A stretch of 64,000 bases of DNA from Candidatus Eiseniibacteriota bacterium (GTDB lineage: Bacteria; Eisenbacteria; RBG-16-71-46; CAIMUX01; VGJL01), in assembly GCA_963792585.1 (NCBI GenBank), contig CAWBWI010000001.1:1888001-1952000 (forward strand), read 5' to 3'. The first letter of the stretch is position 1. The number at the start of each line of letters is the position of its first letter. A program made the translations under genes and the position numbers. Positions 52,839-61,830 of this stretch are shown in pieces. The notes under the pieces were generated by a model that was not told the origin of the DNA, made no database searches, and was given only the letters and a program-made list of their open reading frames with translations.

Positions 52839-53603
52839 TCAGACCCGCGTCGTTGTATCGTCATCAGGTTGCTCCGGCTCGAACTTGAACACGTTTGATC
52901 CGATCGTGTGACCCGACTCCCGACTCAACTGGACCTTCTCAAGAAACCGCCCGAGAGCCCTCGGACCGAAGGTCTTCATCCGGTGAATCTCCTGCGGTGA
53001 GAAGAGAGGTTCAGATAGAAGTGGGTCTGCGTATCCAGGGGGAAACCGAAGGAAACGGTAGAGGACGGCGATTGAGCGTGTGTCCAGTGGGGCTCTTGTG
53101 TTTCTTCCCCAGGCGAAGACATCGTCGGGATGCTCAGCAAAGTAGGTTTCCGGGAAGCCGTCGTCACTAGGTTGGAGAAGGCTGTGGAATCGTAACCTCC
53201 AGTCAATGAGCCTCTCCTCGTACACTCTTCGGTGGCTGGTTTCGAGGATCTCCTTGCTCAGTGCCTCGGATGCCTTCAAGAAGCGAGCCGCTGCAATCCA
53301 GTTCTCCCTGCGATTCGGAGGGGACGTTGACGCATCGCCTTGCGTGAGCACTTGGAATGCCCGTTCGAGGAGCTCCAGGCAATTGTCGAGGTAGTCTCGG
53401 GATCGAGCTCTGGCCAGGTTGAGAAGCAACGCTACAAGGGCGACACAGGCACCCGAGAGGACACCAAGGCCACCGAGGAGTGGCAGAACATCAGGAAGCC
53501 CAGCTCCCCCAGCGAACATGAAGATGACTAACGCAAGGATGAGCAGTCCAGCGAGCGCCAAAACGACGGTAGAGCCCCAAAGAAAACGTGAGAGCGTTTT
53601 CAT
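52839..53603 (-). CDS. Cassette: hypothetical protein with two N-terminal TM helices
   Basis: Fills the attC interval; TGA stop lies in the R'' box. Confidence 0.75.
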   Translation of the reverse strand: MKTLSRFLWGSTVVLALAGLLILALVIFMFAGGAGLPDVLPLLGGLGVLSGACVALVALLLNLARARSRDYLDNCLELLERAFQVLTQGDASTSPPNRRENWIAAARFLKASEALSKEILETSHRRVYEERLIDWRLRFHSLLQPSDDGFPETYFAEHPDDVFAWGRNTRAPLDTRSIAVLYRFLRFPPGYADPLLSEPLFSPQEIHRMKTFGPRALGRFLEKVQLSRESGHTIGSNVFKFEPEQPDDDTTTRV

Positions 53604-53833
53604 GTCAATCTGACGTTTGCCTCCCCCGACTTCGATGACGGGCGCGGCCCTGGCAGCCCGGGGCGATGGTCTAGGATTGCGGGGGGAGAGAAGGCTTGTC
53701 CAGCCCACTCGGGGCCGGACCGGAGCTCGAATCGGCTTGGCCACACGCGGCTCATCCTTCGTCCTCGCCTGGCTGGGTTATCTCGTTCGAGGTGGACACC
53801 TCGGGCACGCACGGAGTCGGGCCAGGCGCATCT

Positions 53834-53862
53834 ATGGTAGCGCGAGAGGGGCGTCTTCGCAA
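53834..53862 (-). promoter_or_regulatory. Sigma70-like promoter pointing into the cassette array
   Basis: TTGCGA-N17-TACCAT on the minus strand. Confidence 0.45.
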
Positions 53863-53916
53863 TGCGGACGAGGTATCCAGGAGAGACGACCGCCAGCCGA
53901 CTGAACCACCGCGCCC

Positions 53917-56034
53917 TCAACGGCCGAGGATGACTATTCTCCCCGTCCGGACCACTCCGGCTGTGAGCATGCGGACGAGGTAGACGCCTGCTGGGAGGGG
54001 TCGCCCGCTGCCATCGCTACCGTCCCAATCGACTGAATGCCGTCCTGCAGAGTGAGGCCCGAGCGAGAATCGGCGCACCACGCGGCCAGTGGCGTCGTAG
54101 ACTTCGAGATCAACGCCTGTCGCGGCCCGCGGCAGTTCATAGGTGAGAAGAGCAGGACCACCGCTCGGGTTGGGGGACGCGCTGACCGGCGAACCGGCCG
54201 CATCCTCTCCGGGCTCGCCGGCGAGGGCCAGCCTGCCCGGACAAGGGCCCCTCATCTCCGATGGGGGCGGAGCCACTATGGTGACATCTCGGGAGACCGC
54301 ATAGCTCCCGTTCCAGACGCTCGCGGCTATGGCCACGAAGTCGCCGTTCGGCTCCGGAATGTTGCACTCGCCTCGATCATTCGATCCCCACGCCACCATC
54401 GATCCGTCCACCATCAGACCGAGGCTGTGAGCACCTCCGCCAGCGATTGCCGTGAAGTGCGCGTTCGGCTCCGGAATGTCACATTGCCCATCGCTGTTAC
54501 TCCCCCATGCTACAATCGATCCATCCGCCTTTAGACCGAGGCTGTGGCCGCCTCCACCTGTGACCGCGATGAACCCGGTGTTCGGGGCCGGTACGTTGCA
54601 CTGACCCACCGAATTCTCCCCCCAGGCGATGATCGATCCGTTCCTCCTCAAGGCCAGGCTGTGCCACGCGCCTGCCGCGATCGCGATGAAGTCCTGGCTG
54701 GAATCCGGCACGTCGCACTGATGGAAGACATTGTTGCCCCATGCAAAGACGCGTCCATCCGACGTCAAACCCAGGCTGTGATCCTCGCCGGCATCGACGG
54801 CGACGAACCCCGTGTTGGGAGCAGGTGGATTGCATTGGTGATTGTAGTTGTACCCCCATCCGATGATCGAGCTATCGGACCGGATGGCGAGGCTATGATC
54901 TCCGCCCGCCGCAATTCCGATCGGGTCGTGCAGACCTTGTGGCACGTTGCACTGACCGTAGCCATTGTCACCCCAGGCGACGACCGTCCCATCGCGGCGA
55001 ACGCCGAGGCAGTGAGATCCGTGGCCCGTTACTGTCCGAAAGCCGGAGTTGGGAGCGGGCACGCGGTGACCCCAACCGGCTCCACCCCATGCCATAATCG
55101 ATCCGGGGGCGCGGGGTGCGCAGGTTGCCGAGAGGCAATCCGTCCCGATTCCCTGCCAGATCCCCGGCGAGTCGCATTCGGCGATCGTCGTCATCGTGCA
55201 GCTCCCGTCCGGAGAGCAGCACGCGCCGTCCGTGCAGGTGTTGAGGTCGCACGCAATTCCGGTCCCCTGCCACGCACCTCCCTGGTCGCTGCACTCGGTC
55301 TCGCTGATGATCCTGCACAGTCCGTGTTGGAGGCAGCATGCCCCTCCGGCATTGGTCAGGGGCCCGGAGAACTCCTGGCTTGCATCATATGCGACCCCAT
55401 CATCACCGAACGTCCAATCCGGATAGCCGAAGTAGGCGCTCCGGAACATGCTGTCGCATTCCTTGACGCTGACGGCCGCAAGCCGCCCTGCCTGGGGCGG
55501 GAAGCCGTGGTCGCGGAACTGCGCGCAGAACCAGTAGCGGACGCCGGGGACGAAGGTCAGCTCGACGGGGACGCTCCACTCGTAAACCGGGTACCATCCG
55601 CCCTGACAGCCTACGAACTCCTCGCGATAATCCGTGACCACGAAGCTCGCGATCAGCTCGCCAGGTCTGCAATTCGCATCCTCGAAGAACTCGAAATTGA
55701 AACCTGGCGTCGGGATCCCCGGATCGCACGCAACGGAGTTGTTATAGTAGCCGCCCCAGAACGTAACGCGTGTCACCAGACTGTCGCTCAAGATGAAGTC
55801 GTTGGCGATCTCCGTCTCGAGCCCAAACTGCAGGATCTGCTCGCTCGAGCCGATCAATCCCCATAGATCGGGAGGATCGGACCAGAGGACGTTTCGGGCT
55901 TCCCTCGCGAGTGGATGCGGCACCCCCAATCCAGGATGGAAAGGGGAAAGCGGTGGTTGGTTCGCCGGTCCCTTTGCAGAAGTCCCGCCGACAACTGCGA
56001 CGATCAGTAGCAACGCGAGTCCGATGGATTTCAC
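53917..56034 (-). CDS. Secreted protein: N-terminal beta-sandwich-like region, two Cys-rich repeats, RCC1 repeats, FlgD-Ig domain
   Basis: Signal peptide; GACC repeats; HSLGL..WG; WDGSDGSGRPLPAGVY. Confidence 0.9.
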   Translation of the reverse strand: MKSIGLALLLIVAVVGGTSAKGPANQPPLSPFHPGLGVPHPLAREARNVLWSDPPDLWGLIGSSEQILQFGLETEIANDFILSDSLVTRVTFWGGYYNNSVACDPGIPTPGFNFEFFEDANCRPGELIASFVVTDYREEFVGCQGGWYPVYEWSVPVELTFVPGVRYWFCAQFRDHGFPPQAGRLAAVSVKECDSMFRSAYFGYPDWTFGDDGVAYDASQEFSGPLTNAGGACCLQHGLCRIISETECSDQGGAWQGTGIACDLNTCTDGACCSPDGSCTMTTIAECDSPGIWQGIGTDCLSATCAPRAPGSIMAWGGAGWGHRVPAPNSGFRTVTGHGSHCLGVRRDGTVVAWGDNGYGQCNVPQGLHDPIGIAAGGDHSLAIRSDSSIIGWGYNYNHQCNPPAPNTGFVAVDAGEDHSLGLTSDGRVFAWGNNVFHQCDVPDSSQDFIAIAAGAWHSLALRRNGSIIAWGENSVGQCNVPAPNTGFIAVTGGGGHSLGLKADGSIVAWGSNSDGQCDIPEPNAHFTAIAGGGAHSLGLMVDGSMVAWGSNDRGECNIPEPNGDFVAIAASVWNGSYAVSRDVTIVAPPPSEMRGPCPGRLALAGEPGEDAAGSPVSASPNPSGGPALLTYELPRAATGVDLEVYDATGRVVRRFSLGPHSAGRHSVDWDGSDGSGRPLPAGVYLVRMLTAGVVRTGRIVILGR

Positions 56035-56191
56035 TTGCAGGCCTCCTTCGGGGGTCTCGGGAACTCAATCCCTCGCACGATCGCGATTCCGCCTTGGATA
56101 TCGGCCGGGGGTATGGCTGCATCGACCACGCCGATCGTCTGGCGGATCGGCATGTGGAAGCAAGCAAGACGGCCTATCGCTCTCCCTAGCA

Positions 56192-57490
56192 TCACCGGAA
56201 GCTGCTCTTGATCCGCCCCCAGGTGGTCGGCTGAACCGGCGTCGGCTCGCACGGATTCGGGTCGCAGGTGGTGCCGTTCCCCATGTAGTTTCCTCCCTGC
56301 TCGCCGCACGCTGACTGTCCAAGGACGAGGCACGATCCATCCACGAAGCAGCACGCGCCAGTCGGTGGCGTTCCGCAGCCTTGGCCCCGGGCACCGATCA
56401 GGCCGCAGTCGACGCCGTCAGGGTGGTTGCCAGGGAGACACGGCGACTGGCCGTCCAGGGTGTAGCCATCGTTCGCGGCATCGCAGAAGAGCGGGTCGGC
56501 CGAGATGTTGCCGCCAAGGTCATTGCCACAGACTGCGTTTCCGGTGGTATTCCCGTAGAAGTCACAGCAGCGGACCGTGACTGTTCCAGAACACTCCAAA
56601 GCCGAACCCTCGTGGAAGGCGATGATGATCCTGTTGAGGCCGATGTTCGAATCGATGATGGAAACCGCAGCGTTCTCACTCGTAAGCGCGTTTCTTGCCA
56701 CCGTACAGCCCGAGATCGTACCGGAGCTGAGCACGACAGTGAGACTGGTGATGCCGCCCCACCAATCGTTCCGGTTGTCGACGAACAGACAGTCCTCGAT
56801 GGTCAGCGCGGGCGTATGGACGAGGAGTCCCGCAGGATTACCGAATCCTGCGATGTTCCTGGCGAAGACGCAGCGCAGGATGGTCACCTCCGGCCCATCC
56901 GCCCACATCGCCAACCTGTCGTTGTCAGTGACGACGGTGTCGGTCATGGTGAGCCTGCATCCGCTTGGAGCCCAGATCCCCCCTCCTTGATAGGCCGTGC
57001 AGTTCCGAACCGTGCATCCCTCAATCAAAATCGTTGAGTTCTGGACAAGGATGCCGCCTCCGCTTGCGCTCGCGCTGCAGTCCTCGATGAGGCAGTCACG
57101 GATTGTCATCCGGGAGTCGCGGCACCGGAGTCCTCCTCCCTCTCGATCCTCGTACTCACCCGACTCGACCAATCCATGAACGATCCTGAATCCCTCGATG
57201 ATCGCATCCTGTTGGAGGCCAGCCGAATCGAATCCCCGACCGGCTGACGCTGCATCGACGGTCGTGGCTTCTGCCCCTTGCTCGCTGTGAACCCAGATCC
57301 CGGCCTTCATGACGATATCGTGCTCGAGATACTCCCCCGGCGCGACCAGCACATCATCTCCTGCTGAAGCCGCGTTGATCCCTGCCTGGATGGTGGGAGC
57401 ATCCCCCGGAACGTGCCAGGTGGCTCCGGCAGCGGGAACCGTGATCACGAGCGTGAGACACATGCAGGGCAGGGTCGGTAAGCGTTTCAT
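56192..57490 (-). CDS. Secreted right-handed beta-helix protein with Cys-rich repeat and C-terminal TTWGRIK tail
   Basis: VPGDAPTIQAGI, GGG repeats, DPLFC, GACC...CDPNPC, PTTWGRIKSSFR. Confidence 0.88.
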   Translation of the reverse strand: MKRLPTLPCMCLTLVITVPAAGATWHVPGDAPTIQAGINAASAGDDVLVAPGEYLEHDIVMKAGIWVHSEQGAEATTVDAASAGRGFDSAGLQQDAIIEGFRIVHGLVESGEYEDREGGGLRCRDSRMTIRDCLIEDCSASASGGGILVQNSTILIEGCTVRNCTAYQGGGIWAPSGCRLTMTDTVVTDNDRLAMWADGPEVTILRCVFARNIAGFGNPAGLLVHTPALTIEDCLFVDNRNDWWGGITSLTVVLSSGTISGCTVARNALTSENAAVSIIDSNIGLNRIIIAFHEGSALECSGTVTVRCCDFYGNTTGNAVCGNDLGGNISADPLFCDAANDGYTLDGQSPCLPGNHPDGVDCGLIGARGQGCGTPPTGACCFVDGSCLVLGQSACGEQGGNYMGNGTTCDPNPCEPTPVQPTTWGRIKSSFR

Positions 57491-57835
57491 CTGAGTCCTC
57501 CCAGGGAGGTACATTCCGCGAAAACCCCTTCGTCCGCACAGATTCGCGCCGTTCTCATGATACGCTCGACAGCCTCATTGGAACACTTCTATCGGCTCGG
57601 CTAATCTTCCACCGGACGGTCGTCAGCGATATCGTGCTCCCCCTTGCCGCGTAAGCAGTGGGGTGCTCCCGCGGCCTGCGAGTCCGGTCGGGCAAAAGCT
57701 GGTGGGTCATCACCAGCCGCGACCCTCGTCTGTGTCCGGCATCCCCACCTTCGCTCGCCTTGGGGTAGTCCGCGACCCCGTCCCCTGCAATCCCCGCGCG
57801 CCTGCACCCACGCCCGGCATGTCGCGATCGCATGG

Positions 57836-58181
57836 GCGTTCACCATGAGAACGCAGTTTCGTGAAGCGTGCGCTCTGGTACCCCGGAGCGAACCGCGTCG
57901 TTCACCACTGCGGGGGAGAGAATCAAGAAGGAGAGAGTTTCGGCCTCTCACGCCCCGTTTCGTGGCGGTTCCCACCGGTTGCACTCGACACACTTTCGAA
58001 ATAGAGAATCAGCTTCGCGGCGACGTCGTCGCAACACGCTCGCGTTTCTGCGGATATAGACGAGCCCCGATGGCATACACCACCGAGGCTCCGTCAACCG
58101 CTCTCGGCACGATAAGCTCGTAGCCTGGTTGTCTGGCTCCCCGCTCCTACCGCGAACCTGGACCCTTCCGGTGAACGCTCC
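57836..58181. repeat. Repeat family R, copy 5, at the border of the accessory region
   Basis: Left block as in copies 2 and 3, right end as in copy 1; inverted termini GCGTTCACC-N9-CAG(T/G)TTCG(T/C)G. Confidence 0.9.
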
Positions 58182-58352
58182 AGACTTGCATCATGGCTTC
58201 AGAACGATGTCCTTCCTCGCTCTCTCCCGATTGCGCAGAACAGAATCACCACCAAGTCCATTGATCATTGATCCATGTGCGTGCTCAGGCGTTCAAGGGT
58301 GATCGTCTGTCCCTCCGGCAACGCCGCACCGCAGACAAGGGCCACGCCCCGT

Positions 58353-60668
58353 CTAGATCCCGAGGAAGCGCCGCACGGAGCCGATCATTCCGCCCCCGTG
58401 CAGGCTGCACTCCTTGTCGGGCTCGGTTCCCTCGAGGAATTCCTCGTCCCGGTACTCGGGGCAGTCGCCGGTCGCTAGCTCCCCCGACGCCGTGCAGACC
58501 AGGGCATCCTCGATGCCCGGCGGGCGATCGAACGATCCGTCCCCGTTGCGGCAGATCGTCTGCGACATGATCGACGCCCAGATCGGCAAGGCGGCCGAGG
58601 CGCCGGAGAGTCCGACGGGATCGCGACGATCGAATCCCACCCATACTCCCGTCGCGCGGCGCGGCGTGTAGCCGCAAAACCAGGCGTCGCGGTAGTCGTC
58701 GGTCGTGCCCGTCTTCCCGGCGACCGTGCCGCGTACGCCGCGCGAGCGCGCGCCGGCGCCCGTGCCCGACTCGATGACGCCCTGGAGAAGACGGGTGATC
58801 AGATAGCTCTCCTGCGGGTCGACCCCCGTAGGATCGCTGAGCGGTGACAGCGATATCGGCTTCCCATTCTGTCCGAGGATCCCGCGCAAGAGCGTCGGTG
58901 CGCGTGCGCGCCCCCCCGCAGCGAGCCCCGCGTAGGCCGACGTGATCTCGAGCAGGCTCACCCCCGACGTGCCCAGCGCGAGCGAGGGGACCTCGTCGAG
59001 CTCGCTCGTGATCCCGAGATCCCGCGCGACCTCCGCCACCCGCTTGATTCCAACCTCGTTTCCCACGGATGCAGTGGGAATGTTGAGCGAGTGCTCGAGG
59101 GCGTACCGCAGGCTCACCTCGCCGCGGAACTGTCGGTCGTAGTCCATCGGACGCCAGATCTTGCGGCCCGCGCGGATCCCGATCGGCTTGTCTTCGAGGA
59201 TCGTCGCCGCGGTCCAGTAGGTCCCGTCCTTGCGCTTTGGGTGGGTGAAGGCCGCGAGGTAGACGAACGGCTTGAAGAGCGAGCCGGCCTGCCGCCGGGC
59301 GTCGACGGCGCGGTTGAACGGTCCCGTCAGGTAGTCGCGTCCGCCCACGAGCGCGCGCACCTCCCCATTGGCAGGGTCGATCGTGACAACCGCCGCCTGC
59401 AACGGGCTCTTCTTCTTGCGGATCGCCCGATGATCGCGCTCGAGATCCTTCAATCCATCGCGCAATGCTTTGACCGCCGCGTCTTGATCGCGAGGATCGA
59501 GGGTGGTAAAGATCGCCGTGCCTGCCTTCGTCGCCGTCCCCCTCGGCGCGCGACGCTCGATTTCCCCGCGTACCGCATCCAGGAAGAATGATGCCTCGGC
59601 GACGCGCTCGGGCGGGCGCCGCGACGGAAGCGGAGAGGCGATCGCCCTCTTGGCGTCACCCTCGCTGAGAATCCCCTTTTCCGCGAGCAGCCGCAGGACG
59701 AGATCGCGGCGGTTCTTTGCCTTCTGGGGAGCGCTGTAGGGCGAGTAGGCGTTCGGGGCCTGGATCAGGCCGACCAGGAGCGCGATCCCCGCCGGGTCGG
59801 CATCCTCGATCTCTTTGCCGAGGTAGTAGCGCGATGCCTCGCCCACGCCACGGATCTCCATCGGTCCCCAGTATCCCCAGTAGACGGCGTTCAGGTAGGC
59901 CTCGAGGATTTGATCCTTCGAGTAGCGAAGCTCGAGGCCCAGCGCGATCACTGCTTCCTGCGCCTTGCGCGCGACGGTCTTCTTGTTGTGAAGGTAGAGG
60001 GAGCGCGCGAGCTGTTGCGTGAGGGTCGATCCTCCCTGCGAGGACGCGCCGCGACGCAGATCCGTCCAGAGGGCCCGCATGGTGCCGACCGGGTCGATCC
60101 CGGGATGGTGATAGAACCGGTGATCTTCGATGGCGATCAGCGACTTCAGGAAAAGCGGCGGCGCATCGCTGAGGCGGAGGTAGTCGAGCACGGCCCCTGT
60201 CTCGCCTTCGAAACCCGCGATCCGTTCCGGGTCGAGGAAGATCTCGGCGTCGTCGATCTCATCGATCAACTCGGTGCGGTTGATCTCGTCTCCGCGCACG
60301 CGGACGCGGACGCGCCCGCCGTCGAACGTGCGATCCGGATACTGGAATGGCCGCAAGTTGATCTCGGCGCCGGAGGACAGGGAACGATACTCGCCCGACT
60401 CGGGTGCGCCATCCACCTCGCGATATCCGGCGCGCCGCAGGCGATCCGCGAGTTCGTCGGCATTGAGCCGGGCCCCCGGCCGGAGGTCGGTCGGGGCGGC
60501 AAAGTACACGACAGTCTGCCGCGATCCGGCCTTCGGGATCGGCATCGTGAGGCACGAGACGCCGACGAGCACGAGCGTCAGCAGGAACGCTCCCGCGACG
60601 CCGATCACAACCCACGGACTCCTGCGGCGGCGCGGCGGCTGGGAGGTAGAAGTCGGTGGCGCGCTCAT
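58353..60668 (-). CDS. mrcB: Class A penicillin-binding protein (PBP1B-like)
   Basis: TM anchor; UB2H-like region; EDHRFYHHPG, GGSTLTQQL, SLFK, SLN, KTGT. Confidence 0.9.
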   Translation of the reverse strand: MSAPPTSTSQPPRRRRSPWVVIGVAGAFLLTLVLVGVSCLTMPIPKAGSRQTVVYFAAPTDLRPGARLNADELADRLRRAGYREVDGAPESGEYRSLSSGAEINLRPFQYPDRTFDGGRVRVRVRGDEINRTELIDEIDDAEIFLDPERIAGFEGETGAVLDYLRLSDAPPLFLKSLIAIEDHRFYHHPGIDPVGTMRALWTDLRRGASSQGGSTLTQQLARSLYLHNKKTVARKAQEAVIALGLELRYSKDQILEAYLNAVYWGYWGPMEIRGVGEASRYYLGKEIEDADPAGIALLVGLIQAPNAYSPYSAPQKAKNRRDLVLRLLAEKGILSEGDAKRAIASPLPSRRPPERVAEASFFLDAVRGEIERRAPRGTATKAGTAIFTTLDPRDQDAAVKALRDGLKDLERDHRAIRKKKSPLQAAVVTIDPANGEVRALVGGRDYLTGPFNRAVDARRQAGSLFKPFVYLAAFTHPKRKDGTYWTAATILEDKPIGIRAGRKIWRPMDYDRQFRGEVSLRYALEHSLNIPTASVGNEVGIKRVAEVARDLGITSELDEVPSLALGTSGVSLLEITSAYAGLAAGGRARAPTLLRGILGQNGKPISLSPLSDPTGVDPQESYLITRLLQGVIESGTGAGARSRGVRGTVAGKTGTTDDYRDAWFCGYTPRRATGVWVGFDRRDPVGLSGASAALPIWASIMSQTICRNGDGSFDRPPGIEDALVCTASGELATGDCPEYRDEEFLEGTEPDKECSLHGGGMIGSVRRFLGI

Positions 60669-60673
60669 GGCGA

Positions 60674-61789
60674 TTACGTGCGGATCTGCCTCGCGGGGCG
60701 CGGATCGGATTCCAGATACGGCTCGAAACCCCGCTCGCGGAGGATCGAGGCGACTTCCGCGAGCGTCCGCTCGTCCTGCAGCTCGAACTGCGCGAGGGCC
60801 TGGTTCTCGGGCGCCGAATAGCCGCCCGGATCGGTCCGCGAGCCGACCGACATCTCGGTCACGCCCCATCCGAGGGCCGCGTCACGGAATGCGGCCGATT
60901 CCCGCGTTGACAGAACGATTCCGGTGGAGGGAAGGCTCATCCGGATGACCGCGATCATCCGCAGCAACTGCTCATCCGCCACACTCCAGTAGGGATGGCG
61001 GGACAGCTCGGAGCCGTCGGCGGGTTCGATGCGCGGCAGCGAGATCGAGCGCGGCAGCCTTCCACTGGCATCCTCCATCCTGCGAGCGTGCCGGATCAGT
61101 CCGATCGTCTCCTCGACCGGATCTCCGAGGCCGACAAGAACGCCCAGGCCGACGTTCGGGATGCCCCCCTCGAGCGCGCGGGACGGCGCCTCGAAACGCC
61201 AGTCGTAGTCACGCTTGGTTCCGTCGGGATGGACCCGGGCGAAGATGGCGCGATCGTACGTCTCCTGGAAGAGGACATAGGCGTCGACTCCCGCATGGGC
61301 GAGGGCACGGAAGTCCTCGACCGTCCCCGGAGCGATCTCCACAGCGAGATGCTCCACTGCGTGGACGCCCTCGCGCGCGGAGCGGGCCCGCGCGACCGCC
61401 GCCAGGGCCATCGCGCGACCGCTCACCGAGGGATCCTCCGACGCGACCAGCAGGATTCGCCGGTGCCCCATGCGGAGCAGCGCGCGGGTCTCCAGTTCGA
61501 TCTCATCGGGAGAGAGGATCCGCCGGCGCGCGTGCACGTTGTCCCTGCGGAACCCGCAGTAGAGGCAGTTGTTGACGCAAACGTTGGAGTAGTAGAGCGG
61601 CGCGAAGAGGCGGATGGTGTGGTTGTGCGTCGCCTCGGTCACCCGGGCGGATGCGCGCAGGAGGGCCACGCCGAACGCCGGGTCGGGATCGGAAAGCCAG
61701 GCGCGAGCCCGCTCCTCGGAGAGCCGCCCGCCGGCCAGGACCGATTCCGTCCATTCGGCCAGTTGTCGGATCTTGTCATCCAGGTTCAC
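60674..61789 (-). CDS. ThiH/HydG-family radical SAM enzyme (ThiH-length)
   Basis: APLYYSNVCVNNCLYCGF, FQETY, STRE, GSRTDPGGY; no HydG C-terminal Cys motif. Confidence 0.88.
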   Translation of the reverse strand: MNLDDKIRQLAEWTESVLAGGRLSEERARAWLSDPDPAFGVALLRASARVTEATHNHTIRLFAPLYYSNVCVNNCLYCGFRRDNVHARRRILSPDEIELETRALLRMGHRRILLVASEDPSVSGRAMALAAVARARSAREGVHAVEHLAVEIAPGTVEDFRALAHAGVDAYVLFQETYDRAIFARVHPDGTKRDYDWRFEAPSRALEGGIPNVGLGVLVGLGDPVEETIGLIRHARRMEDASGRLPRSISLPRIEPADGSELSRHPYWSVADEQLLRMIAVIRMSLPSTGIVLSTRESAAFRDAALGWGVTEMSVGSRTDPGGYSAPENQALAQFELQDERTLAEVASILRERGFEPYLESDPRPARQIRT

Positions 61790-61830
61790 GTCGGTATTCT
61801 AGACCTTGCCGCACCTGGCAGGGAGCAAGG

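Larger units (their letters stand above)
45265..53742 (-). mobile_element. Integron-type cassette array without integrase in the window (CALIN-like): 11 attC-like sites, 10 cassettes
   Basis: Sites at 45265-45390, 46609-46739, 47367-47497, 48234-48364, 48939-49069, 49993-50123, 50981-51108, 51373-51488, 51986-52116, 52714-52844, 53608-53742; one co-oriented gene between each; minus-strand pattern AAC-N5-ATTCACCTGAC...GCAGGTGA-N7-GTT. Confidence 0.85.

Noticed and set aside
45265..53742. CRISPR array or REP elements
   Set aside because: Repeats are ~131 bp, divergent and separated by whole genes; this fits attC, and no cas genes are seen
60674..61789. HydG hydrogenase maturase
   Set aside because: Lacks the C-terminal auxiliary-cluster Cys motif, and no hydE/hydF nearby
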